Shown: one piece after another, positions 52,557 to 64,000 of the stretch | How positions within the stretch are numbered: the stretch's first letter is position 1 | Layout of the letters: each line of letters opens with the position of its first letter | Program-made: the position numbers and the translations under genes | Assembly (NCBI GenBank): GCA_028023455.1 | Contig: JAQFVV010000007.1 | Coordinates: forward strand, 13,516,001 to 13,580,000 | From: Epiperipatus broadwayi | Lineage: Eukaryota; Animalia; Onychophora | Length of the DNA stretch: 64,000 nucleotides | Reading direction: 5' to 3' | The notes under the pieces: model-generated | What the model was told of the DNA's origin: nothing | The model's input: only the letters and a program-made list of their open reading frames with translations | Database searches by the model: none

Positions 52557-52930
52557 TTGAAATTTTCCACAAACTCATGGAAAGACATTTTTACAATGAA
52601 AATCAGTTATTTGGATAAAATTGCTCTTTGTATCTTTATATATTTTACACCAAATACTATCATATTTAGGGGTTTTCCACTATTACATTTTAAAAATTCT
52701 GGTTTGGATTATATTACATCTCAATTTAGCACAGATAATTGCAGAAATGTAGCAATGTTTACAAAATTGATCACCTATATAGCATTGAGTGAAAGAATAA
52801 TTCATGCAAAAATGGGGTATATACAATTAACTTTCCAATTTTAAATGTCAGGGAAGGCAGTAGTATACAATCTATTGGTAATATCTACTCGAAGGTGTAT
52901 GAATTAGAGAGTAAGCAAGCCAAAAATCTA
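52557..52930 (+). mobile_element. Possible APE endonuclease remnant of a LINE
   Basis: ORF 52557-52844 has TPNTIIF..NCRNVAMFTK..SERIIHAK, then IGNIYS in a shifted frame; resembles APE motif order but catalytic residues are not seen. Confidence 0.35.
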
Positions 52931-53224
52931 AAGGCATTACAAGCAATAATTATATAAATCCATAAATTGAATTTCTAGACCTATCTGTGAATTCACAGTT
53001 CCAAGTTTCTATTCACAACTCTAAGACCAAGCTCGATTCTCTCATTATGACACTACTTACATAGAATATTTTCTGAGGCTGTGTTACAAGAAAAATCTCT
53101 ATGGACCACAATGAAACAATATAAAATAAGATTCATTCATAAAAGCATTAGATACAGATAAACCTTTTCTTCCAAAAATTGTTAAACATCAGAGTAACTT
53201 TTAAATATAAATATATATATATAC

Positions 53225-54215
53225 TTAGGCAAGCTGTAATTAGATGGGATTTGAACCCAGACTTTCAAGCACCCATCAGTCATCCACTATCTTATACAAT
53301 CAATACACATTATTACATACATATAGAAAAGATAAATGATCCCCAATATATATCCTTCATACTCATCTCCCACACACATATATAATCAGTTCTCAGTTTA
53401 TATTAAGATAAATGTTGAAACATTAATGAATTTACTTCAATCTTCTCTACTTTCCAATTTAATGGCTTCCATATGGAATGTTGAAAAGGAAGACTGAAAA
53501 ATTGGGAGACTAGAGAAGATTGCAGCCTCTCCACTAAAATTTGAAAATTTGCTATCATAATATAAACACTGATTGTATATATGTGTATGGGAGGTGATAA
53601 TGATCTAGACCAACTGATGAGTGCTGATTCAACATGAAATATGTATGCTAGAAATTATTTATCTTTTCCATTTGTATGTGGTCATGTGTTTTGGGTTTAC
53701 AAGATAGAGTAGATGTCTGAAGGGGCTTGAAAAACTGAGTTCAAATCCCTACTAATTACATCTTGTTTAAGTATATATACCATATTTGTATTTAAAATAT
53801 TACATACTCAGCCTGTATTCTGCCCATCTTTCTTCTGTGTATTTAAATGGTCTTAAGTATATGGGAGGTCAGATTGACTTAAGGTCAACATAGGTATGTC
53901 AACAAAATGTGGAAACAAGGACTTTGATCATGTCATCATTAGAATTTCAATGATATGGAAAGCCAAAAAGTTAGAGCATTGATAAGATTGAAACCTATCT
54001 AAAAAAGTTTGAAGATTTTCTATCTTAATATAAGCCAAGTACTAATTATATAGGTATGTGGGAGATAATGATCTGAGCCAACTGATGAGTGCTGTTTTAG
54101 CATGAAAAACATATATTGGAAATCATTTATCATTTCAATATTATGTGGTCATGTTTATTGGTTGTGTAAGATACAATGAATGACTGAAGGGTGCTTGAAA
54201 CTCTGGGTTCAAATT
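53225..54215 (+). mobile_element. Compound family-1 PLE insertion: inverted unit, direct unit, then GIY-YIG tail plus unit; HHRs at 53608-53652 and 54076-54121
   Basis: 53225-53420 is a minus copy; gaccaactgatgagtgctgattcaacatgaaatatgtat; gagccaactgatgagtgctgttttagcatgaaaaacatatattgg; spacer reads KDFDHVII...KIETYL. Confidence 0.75.
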
Positions 54216-55249
54216 CTCTCTAATGTCATATATAATTGAACAAACAAAAATAATTTTCCACTCTATGGATTTATTCTAAAGCCTATATAAGTGCACATAA
54301 ATTTGTATGACAATTCATCAATAATTATTAGAATTTTGAAAGAAAATTTAAAATAATTGGGTCTCTTTATATCATAAACGAAGGAAAATTTAAAGATTTT
54401 TAGTAATTTTTCAAAGCTTCATTAATCATATGAAGGGAGTATTTTACAGAGGTAAGACTAATACAATCTGCTGTGTTGAAATTGTAATATTTAGAACCAT
54501 AATGCAATTTCTTTGTTTATCCAAGGCTTGAATTATTTTCTTCTACACTGAACCTATCAGATTATTATGTTAAGGAAACATTTTTCTGCCAATGTTGAGA
54601 TTAAATTATTAATGTCCACCATATTTTTTCCTAGGTTATCAGATAGTTCTAAATATGGTTCTGCAAGTAATATAGTATTATTTTTTAGCTTGACCATAAA
54701 ATACAACAGGTCAATTATTTTTTGTGATTTTCTAAATAAACAATATACAGAAATTATTTAACTTTATAAATATGTTGTATTTTTTTTCTAATTTAGTAAC
54801 TTTAAGCAGTCAAAATTGTATAATTAGTAAAAAAAAAAAAAAGCATGATGCTGACTTCTTTGCTGATATTATTCTCAATAGTAAATAAATAAATAATCAA
54901 CTAGTTTATTGCTCAGAAGTTTTTAAAAAGTTTGAGCATTGGAAGTCTCAGAACTGTAAATATGTCTTAATGTCGATTCTTTTTCCATTGGAATGCAGAG
55001 GGAGGGGCACATAGTAAATGTCTAACATCATTTATATATTTCTTCATTAATATTTTTAATATTTATCAATAGGGGTTTATTAAATTTCTTGCTAAAAGTT
55101 ATTGTCAAGACTAAATATTTTTACAGTGTTAAAAGATTCAAATTTATCTATAAAAACTATTGTTTTAATTAAAGAACAACTGAATTATAACTTACTTAAA
55201 ATGTTACTAGGACATTTCTGTCTTAAGGCTCAAACAGGATTTTTAGTAA

Positions 55250-55530
55250 CAAGGGAGTATGCACATAAATGGAAAATATAGATGATTTAATCTCCACATT
55301 ATGTAAGTAAGGTGTAGAAAATATTAGGCATTTGTTAATTGAATGTAAATGCCTGCAAGCAGAAAGAATACAAATAATGAAGTTGTGGAGAAATAAATAT
55401 AAACAAAGTGATTATACAAAAAGTGGGTTCTTGCTTTTTATACAGGGTTTAGAAAAAGATAAGGGAGATTTAGATATAATGTCTATGGAAATGACAAAGA
55501 TTATGTTGTGGAAATGGAATTGAAGCAGGA
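55250..55530 (+). mobile_element. LINE ORF2 C-terminal zinc-finger remnant
   Basis: TLCK*GVENIRHLLIECKCL matches the LINE CxxC..E...HL..xC motif. Confidence 0.6.
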
Positions 55531-56609
55531 TAGAAAAGAAGAATATGTGAATAACTTAGTTGGGGAATGAAAAGGGAAGATAAAGTGGTTTCTTTGATCA
55601 CGGTAGCTGAGAGATTCTTGACACTGAAAAAGGAGAAATCACAGTGCATCTCATCTCATCATCATATCACCAAGAATATCACTTGGGCAGTATACTGTCA
55701 ATTTAATTTTAATTTAAAGTTTTTTGTAAGAGAGAATAAATTTTAAATATTTCTATCTATCTTAAAAATTCCTTTTGTTTATTTATTTGATTAAAAATTT
55801 TAACTGATTTTTAATATACTTCTATGAATTATTTTTCTTTAAAATTGACACACACATTAGATGCCTATGAAGATGCTATATGACATTGAAATAGTTCAGC
55901 ATTTTTCTGCCCTTGATTCAGTCTAATAGTGTTGATGGGGCAAATTGTAAACCATATTAGTATCAGTTAGTAAGTTTTCACTCATGCACAATAGATGGCT
56001 GTATAATATTTAAATATATGCTGTAATTAAAATTTGGACTAATTCACTAAAAAGCATTTACAATTAATTAGAACAAAAAAAAGAAAGATGGAATCTTAAT
56101 TTATCTTGATTATTACACTAAAATTTGCTTTTTTAAAAATGCTATCTTCATAAACACACATATCTTGCATTGGCAAATGTCCTACTATTAAAAAATAAAA
56201 AATGGCATGTATAACAAATATTTTACAAAAAAAAATTTTTTATTTAATTTGATAACTAATGCCTTTGTGTTGTTTTTAATGTATTACTGATCAAATTAAA
56301 TAAAAATAATTTATAAAATATTGTATGTATATTATCAGAATTTTTAGGATTTAATATTTCTTGAAATCATAATTTGATGTTTACTTATTTTATAAAAAAT
56401 AGAAAACCAAACATTTTTAAATGATTTTTCGCCAGCTTCAGCCAATATAGTCAAACATTCAGTAATAATTTATTATCTAAAATGAAGATTTGATAAAGCC
56501 CTGTATGATACTTCAAGCTACTAAATATAAAATCTCATGACCATTGGATCACAGCCCAATGAACCATTCACAATACAATTATAAAAGACTAGGTAACTAA
56601 AAACCACTA

Positions 56610-57110
56610 ATAATCAAACCACTAAACATCACACAATCTTCATTATTTATGCTTACACCAACTGTTTACACAGAAGTATAAAAATGGTGATCATGTGATG
56701 TTTAATGATTTATATCAATTCTGACTTAATAGAATTATGGTGAGTGTGACCATTAAAGAACCAAAAACAACAAAAAGTATGAATGCTGAACTGAGTTCAG
56801 ATCTATATGACTATACAATCTAATGACTTCCAATTGAAAATGTTATTGTGCTTTCATTTTGTACTCAAATCTCTATAGTTAGCTAAAAGATGAAGGGTGG
56901 CTTCTGGGGGGTTGCATTAGATCCTAAGATCTAGTTGTAGTGCTCTTAGATTCAAGACTTTTCTCTGATGAAAATCGAAAGTTAGAAACTAGTCTGTGGA
57001 TATTGGATGATTAGACACAAGATAAGGATTTTATGCCCAAACCTTTCTTCATCCATTTATTATTTTGTCTTCCACTGAGTGGTGCTATTATATGGAGAGA
57101 TTTGCCTCTG
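56610..57110 (+). mobile_element. Family-2 unit with HHR at 56960-56999, preceded by a short inverted arm
   Basis: CTGATGA-AAAT(cgaaa)GTTA-GAA-ACTAGT-C-TGTGG; aaaccactaaacatcac (56616) is inverted to gtgatgtttaatgattt (56695). Confidence 0.7.
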
Positions 57111-57654
57111 TATGTCATAATAATCAAGACCGATTGACTATGAATCAACAGTATATTGATATTATTATTTTTCTTCAAAAATAAATCAATTCAGAGGTGA
57201 AACCAATGTTAAATGGTAGTTCATAGTTTCCTAGATGAGGGTTGCTTATATTGTAATTGACAATGTGTTTCCACAAATGAAGCACACAATGTCTCACATT
57301 GCATTATTATTCTTTTTTTTTTTGTTTAATTTTTAAAATAGGATCTCAAGTTTTATTTAAATGCTTTTATTTACAAAAAATAACTTTTGATTACTTTTCT
57401 TCACAAATATTTTCATTTTATATCTGCCTATTTTCCTATTACGTCATCTTGTATGAACATTTAATCTTAAAAATAGAATTGTTCAATTATTTTCTGACTT
57501 CACATGTTTTCAAAAACTTAAAAGTGTTAAGAACATAATGAGATAGTATTGAATAAAAGACCTTTTCAAATTTTGAAAAAAGTCTGTTTATTTATTTTTT
57601 TTTTTTTTACAAAAATGTAAGTTTATATATATGTTGAATTTTTTATCTAAAAGT

Positions 57655-57810
57655 AAATATAGGGTATTTGAACTCAGACTTTCAAGCCACTTCAACCATC
57701 CACACTCTCTCATACCACTGATACACATGACCACACACATGCAGAAAAGAATCACTATTTCATGCTGAACCAGCACTTATCAGTTGGTCCAGATTATCAT
57801 TTCCCATACA
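57655..57810 (-). mobile_element. Family-1 unit, antisense, HHR (57755-57790) truncated in stem III
   Basis: Reverse complement ggaccaa-ctgataa-gtgctg(gtt)cagcat-gaa-atagtga. Confidence 0.7.
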
Positions 57811-59179
57811 TATAAATAGAATAAATAGATAAGTAAGTAATTATCATATAGTGATAACAATTGATCATCATCAGTCAAAATTTCCATAAGTTGCCACTTA
57901 TTTAACACTGTTAATTATCTCAATTATTAGATCTCCACCACAAACTTTAACATAAAGATGTAATCAAATTATTTGTTTATTTTAACCTGTTTACATGAAA
58001 GCTCCTATATAATTTAAATGGGCCCTAGCAAGCCTTTCTTTAAATATTCCTTTATATTTGAACATTTTATTTTTAAAATTAAACAATTTTTCTATATAAT
58101 ATATTGATAATATTTACATTATTTATTACATACATAAGCTTCTCAATGATACATATTTTAAAACTTAATATTTGAAATTTTAAAAATATGAAAATAAATA
58201 AATGTTTAAATGGAGTTTTTAGCTAAGTTACTAGAATGAAGTATTGGTAAGATATTGGTCAAATTTTCCCATTCAAAATATGAATAGAATAAAATACTAG
58301 ATATTTTAATTTTATGCTATTAAAACGAAGATAAACTTAGAATTATTTATCCTCAAAGAAATAAAAATATATTAATATTTTAAAAAGTAATTACTTCACT
58401 ATTTGATGAAGGAGAGTCTACATTTGGCAAGTAAAAATTGCATCTGCAATGCCATAATGAAGCTTTAAGAATTGTGTTTTTACAAATAAATTCTTTTTGT
58501 TATGACATTAATTTTTGATTTAAAATAAGCGTCTTTTATAAAAAAAAATTGCTAATTCAACTACTGATAATTACAATTTTCCTCATATTTGGCCTTGAGT
58601 TAAAACATTCAGCCAGTCAGAAGTTCTTGTATTTATTGTCATCCAGGCCACCTCCTTTGTGGTATCATTCAACTAGATTGTTCTCAATCATGCAAAAGGC
58701 TATTGTCATTGCCTAAAAGATCTATAAAATATTGGCATCTTCAGTTGTTTTTCAACTAATATATGTAAACTGAAACTGTGTAACAAAGAAACTGCAGAGT
58801 GTAATGCAAGTTTATAAGTAGGTTTTAGACAACATAGAGAGGATATAGCAATTGATGCACCATTATGACACCAAAATATCAAAATTTATGTGAAATTGCC
58901 ATTGCATTTATTCAAGGACTTAAATTTAATTAGATTTATATTATTGCCATTTTAACAACATAATTCGATTTTATTAACGTATTAGAAACAAAAATGAGAT
59001 TTTATAAAAAACCTGCCATATTTGATGAATTAAATTTTAGGATGAATTTAAGATGAATTGCTCTCTATATATTATTAGAATTTTAATGTAATATCACTTC
59101 ATTTTAGCTAATGCCAAATATGAATGCTGATATGTTAAAAGTGATCCAGTATTTTGAATTAATTGTTTTCAATTATATA

Positions 59180-59615
59180 TAATGTAATGAGCTTGCTAAT
59201 AGCTTTAAACAAGCTTTTCCAATAAATGCTGAAAGATAAAGCATTTAAAATCTCTATCTATGATTGTCCCTATTTCCAAACTTGTTTTGAGCTGCTAGCT
59301 CTTCTCCGTGAGGTGCTAGGATATTCAAACACTAGATCTAAAATAACAACTCAAGCATATGATTTATCTAATACTTAACTATTAAATAGAAAATCTGAAA
59401 TTTTCACACTACTATATGTCTTCAAATACAACTATCTAACTTAAATAGCCATATGGGACTGAACTGAATTCAGATACACAATGTCCTAGCACTTCACTGA
59501 AGAGGGTCATTATCTCAAAACTGGTTTGGGATAAATACTTTCTTTTCTGGCATTGATTAGAAAAGCTTGTTTAGAGCTATTAGCACGCTCATTATATTAC
59601 ATTTGTAGTATAATC
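59180..59615. mobile_element. Family-3 fold-back element with two divergent degenerate hammerheads (minus 59274-59313, plus 59492-59531)
   Basis: 59180-59330 is the reverse complement of 59475-59610. Plus: CTTCA-CTGAAGA-GGG(tcattat)CTC-AAA-ACTGGT-T-TGGG. Minus: CCTCA-CGGAGAA-GAGC(tagca)GCTC-AAA-ACAAGT-T-TGGAA. Confidence 0.65.
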
Positions 59616-60291
59616 TTATTAAGTTAAGTCATGTGATATATGACTTGATTTTCTTACTAATATTCAATGCATTATAGTAACTTGACAGATATACAAACAA
59701 TTATCCTGGCCTCATTTTGAAAAAAAAAAATTCCAGTTCAATTTCAGTGTCATTAATTTATATTTGCTCACATTGATTATATGTATATATATATATATGT
59801 CTTTGACATTATAAGATAAATATTATTATTATCTTTAAATACAGGTAGATTTAGAGTTTCCTTTATATATATATATATTCACATAAAATTAGAATTTAAT
59901 TATTTGGACAATTTTTAAACTTATATTTTTTGATTATTAATATTAGTAATAAATTATTGAACTATGAAGGAGAGAATATCAATTTTATTCATTTCATCCG
60001 TTATTAAATTTACTGCTTTTCTTAAATCTTACAAGTTTTATTTCCCCATTTATTTGTTTTAATAAGTCTTGCATATTAAATAATTGTTTAAATAGAATAT
60101 TTATATATATGTAAATAAAGTATATAACCGTGAAAACATGAAATATACTATAGGTATATGTTATACGTACATAGATAAGTTAGAAATTCAAAAATAATTT
60201 CCTACTTCGAAAAATAGCAGAATTTATTATTTTTGAAGACAGTAAATCCATTATCTAAGGCTAATATTTTATTTAACTGAAAATTATTTAA

Positions 60292-60670
60292 AATACAGGC
60301 ACTCTTATTATACCTGGAGCCTAATTGTAAATATGGGGGATTTGAATTCAGACTTTCAAGCACCCTTCAACTATCCACACTATCTCATATTACTGATACA
60401 CATGACCACAGACATGTAGAAAAGATAAATCATCACCAATGGGTTTGCTATCTTAATATAAAACTGAGCACTGATTATATATATATATATATATGGGAGA
60501 TGACAATCTGGACCAACTGATGAGTGCTGGTTCAGCATGAAATATGTATATTGGTGATTATTTATCTTTTCTACATGTGTGTGGTCATGTGTATTAGTGG
60601 TATGAGATAGTATGGATAGTTGAAGGGTACTTGAAAGTCTAGAGTTCAATTCCCCTTTTATATTTAACTA
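60292..60670 (+). mobile_element. Family-1 fold-back copy with the best-preserved HHR
   Basis: Left arm 60292-60440 is the reverse complement of the unit 3' part, including 60550-60665. Confidence 0.85.
60511..60556 (+). ncRNA. Minimal type I hammerhead (family 1), all core nucleotides retained
   Basis: GACCAA-CTGATGA-GTGCTG(gtt)CAGCAT-GAA-ATATGTAT-A|TTGGTG; predicted cleavage after A60550 (AUA triplet); G10.1-U11.1 wobble. Confidence 0.85.
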
Positions 60671-62699
60671 AAAATTGCATCTCTTATAAAGTAAATTTCT
60701 CAAAATAAAGTAAAAACTGTTTTTGATGCGGTGATTTTTTTTCCTAATCTTATAATTATTGTTCTAAGTTATAAAAGTTGAAATAATCAGGAAATAATAT
60801 AACTATTGTTTTTCCATAGAGCGGTATAATTTGATAATTATGAATTAATTATAGAGAAGCTATAATTTGATTGCCTCAGAGATGGAAAATGAAGGGTTAT
60901 TTTACTTGAACCCATAAAGTTGTATAACGGTCGAATAAACTCTAAGTCTACACTGCTCCCACAATATATATATATAAAGGCAATATATATGGTATTTAAC
61001 CAATCCCAAATGAGTATAAAGTTTAAATCAATATATTGGTTACTTAAAATTTTTCATTTATGTATGATTGTTTAAATATATAATCTTTTTAATATGATGA
61101 CAGCTATCTAAAGTGAAACTATATTTTTTCATTCTTTATTATACAGTAATAAAAAAATGATGTTGTAAGTTGAACTGGATTGTTTTATTGATATATAAAC
61201 AGGATATTTCTTGTAAATTTTCTCAAGTCAATATTATAAATTAATATATCCTATATATTTAATTAATGGATGGAAGTGTGTTTAAACATTTTAATAGGAA
61301 TAATTATTTGTTCTACTCTTATAGTTTAAATTTAGACTACTTACTTATATGATTTTAATAATAATCAGAATTAATTTAAATTTTGAACTTATTTATGATT
61401 TCTTATATATATTATCTTTATATATCAACCACAAGTTAGTTTATATTGGAATCATCTGTAAATAAGTGGTATTCTAGTTGAATTAGACACTTATGGATAT
61501 GTGTGTGGTTATAGTTTGTGTATATATAAATTTACATTAATATCTCAGCTAATTAATTTTTATTTATTTATTTGTGGTTGTTTAGATATACATTGTCTTT
61601 AAGGTAAACTCATCATTTTTATGGTAATACACACAGCTATATGTATATACTAAACCAATACAACAAGTACTAGAATACGACAGTAGGACTTCTTATAACA
61701 AGGTCTGAATAAATCAGCATAGATAAATGCTAATCTTTGAATGAAGCTGCTTTATTTAGACTTTGTGTTTGCAAATACAGGTAGCACTGTTTGTTACTGA
61801 TTTACTATATTTGAATTTCAGCTAATGACATGCAACTATTTTTTATTCATATATATATTGTTATTCAAGATGGTGGAAGAAGAAAGCTGGTTATAGCAAA
61901 TAAATTATTTTTTTAATTTTATATAAGCATTTTTAATTTTGTAGAATTATCCTAGTGTATTTTGTTTAATATATATATATATATGGGGAGGGGGAGATGT
62001 GGATATGTTTATAATCATATGAAAGCCATGATAATATTACTTATTGATGGATGTAAAAGATTAATTACATTGGACACATGTTACTATAAAAAAATTATTA
62101 ATAAACCTGTAAATTATAATTTTTCATTGATTTTGAAAAAAATATTATTACATATATTTATGTCATAGTAGTAAATATGATTTAATTGTAACATATGTAC
62201 ATGATTAGAGAAATTGCCATCATAGCTTCTAATTCTAGAATAAATAAATAAAAAATGCTAAGGCAAAAATTTAAAGTTGATGAATAAACAAAAAAAAGAT
62301 TGAACCATGAATAACTGTGCAAATAATTAAATGTTGAAAATGTGGTTTTAGAAAGGCACACTCTCAAACCCATTGCATGGGAAATTCTAACCTAAGTGAT
62401 TGAAGACAGTACTTAAATAAAAATGAAGAAGTAATGAAAAAATTATCCTGTTTAATTTGTCTTTGTCATTAGAAAATGTTGGGAATCACCTAAAAGCATT
62501 CTTGGAATTCATAATTTTACTATCATACTGAGTTTGAAATGCCTTGAATGTTTCAGTAGCAGTTTTGCCCAATTTTAAACAAAATTTATCTTTAGTTCAT
62601 TGTTTTTTGCATTTTTTTAAATTAAAATTTATTAGTCAATTAAATATACAAGACAATACAATGTATTTTCATGGTTATTAAGCATTGCTATATATGGTT

Positions 62700-63310
62700 T
62701 ATCTTGTGATAAACCTCCAGTGATGCGTGGATGAGCCTGTGATTGCAAGGGTTTGTTTGTAATTAAAAGTTCTTGGATTTTTTGTAGGGGTGGAATATTT
62801 AGGTTTTAGGCAACTGATAAATTGCCAATTCAATTTTTTATCTTAATTTTCTCTACATTCTTGCTGAATGTAGAGATTAAATGACAGTTATTATTTTTGA
62901 AGATTAATTAACATTGTAATGACATAATATTAGTTTCCCAAGGCAATTGCTGATTTACATAGAGTAATGTATAAATTAAAGTAGCATATTTAACTTTATC
63001 CATCATGTTTCAGTATCCTGATCACTTATGATATCCCAAAGCCCTAATGCATGAGGTGCTTAACTGTTGATTTATAGTCTAATGCAAAAAATAGCAATGA
63101 TTTGTGAAGCTCAGCACTGGTATTAAATAATGTTGTGAGAGACTCTGTAAGAGATTCAATTTAGAATGTATGAGTGAAAATCAGAGCAGTACTTGAAATC
63201 AAAGGTTCAAATATAGTACATTAACATTCACTGTTGAGCAAATAATTTATTAATTTATTATATAAAATCTATGGCTTGCAACACAATCACTGACCCACGA
63301 TGTATAAGAT
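62700..63310 (-). mobile_element. Possible APE remnant of a LINE
   Basis: VIVLQAID (~63280) and IGNLSVA.NLNIPP (~62820) in APE order; very decayed. Confidence 0.3.
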
Positions 63311-63319
63311 TGTTATTGC

Positions 63320-64000
63320 TAATAAATTGAACAAGATATCCAATTCAAATGATTTCCCCAGTGCTCTCCTCCCAGTGTCAACCCACATAGGGACTAGCAT
63401 TTAGGACCCCATGGACCCTCCCCACAGCCAGATACTCTCATTCAGTCAGCAAAGTTGAGTTAAATCTAAATTTTCTTTCAAATCGAATTTTTCGATAGAC
63501 TTCTCCAGAAACTTACTTGTTAAATTTAATGCTAATTTTGGTGTTGAGCATTTTAAATAGAATGACATTTTGAGAGACAATTTAAAAGATCCAATACAGG
63601 ATATATGGGAGAAAGTTAGAGAAAACACTTGAAAATGATATTCAAATCCAATCAAAACCAATCACCGTTAAGCAAAGTATTTCTTAAATTAGTTAAAATC
63701 TTTGGTTTATAATGCAAGTAATCAACCCCCATGAATAACATTATTCTTGATAAAAAATGAATGAGCTATCCAATTTTTGTTAATGATCCTCTCAGCACTC
63801 TTCTCCCAGCTCCAGCCCATAAAAGAATTGGGATTTAGGCCCCTAGGAACCTTCTCAAAAATCAGACATTCTCATTCAGTCAGCAAAGTTGAGTTAAATC
63901 AAAGTATCTCTTGAAAATTAAATTTTTCCATTGAATTCTCTAAAAACTTGAATGGCTACCATTTACTTCTAACAGCATTTTAAAGAAAGTTGTTATCAGT
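63320..64000. repeat. ~435-bp tandem duplication running off the window end
   Basis: ctctcattcagtcagcaaagttgagttaaatc at ~63436 and (t)tctcattcagtcagcaaagttgagttaaatc at ~63870, with similar upstream ctc..ctcccag...atttagg.ccc. Confidence 0.75.

Overview
About 64 kb of very AT-rich, CpG-depleted eukaryotic DNA, probably invertebrate. I could not support any host protein-coding gene; the window looks intergenic or intronic and is mostly decayed mobile DNA. Elements seen: (1) a near full-length but frameshifted L1/Tx1-clade LINE (25521-30683, minus) flanked on both sides by (ATT)n in the same orientation; (2) several RTE-clade LINE fragments; (3) two mariner transposase remnants; (4) two Penelope-like element (PLE) ORF remnants (RT and/or GIY-YIG); (5) three tRNA-Gly-derived copies; (6) many microsatellites and degenerate local tandem duplications. 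The main signal not shown by the ORF track is about 14 remnants of minimal type I hammerhead ribozymes (HHR) from at least 3-4 repeat families. Their stem III is replaced by a short palindrome (reconstructed ATACGTAT, ACTAGT, ACCGGT/ACTAGT, ACGT). Most sit in fold-back (inverted) PLE-derived repeats, and in the best copy the inverted arm stops within 1 nt of the predicted self-cleavage site. All calls are by eye; coordinates of decayed elements are approximate to tens of bp.
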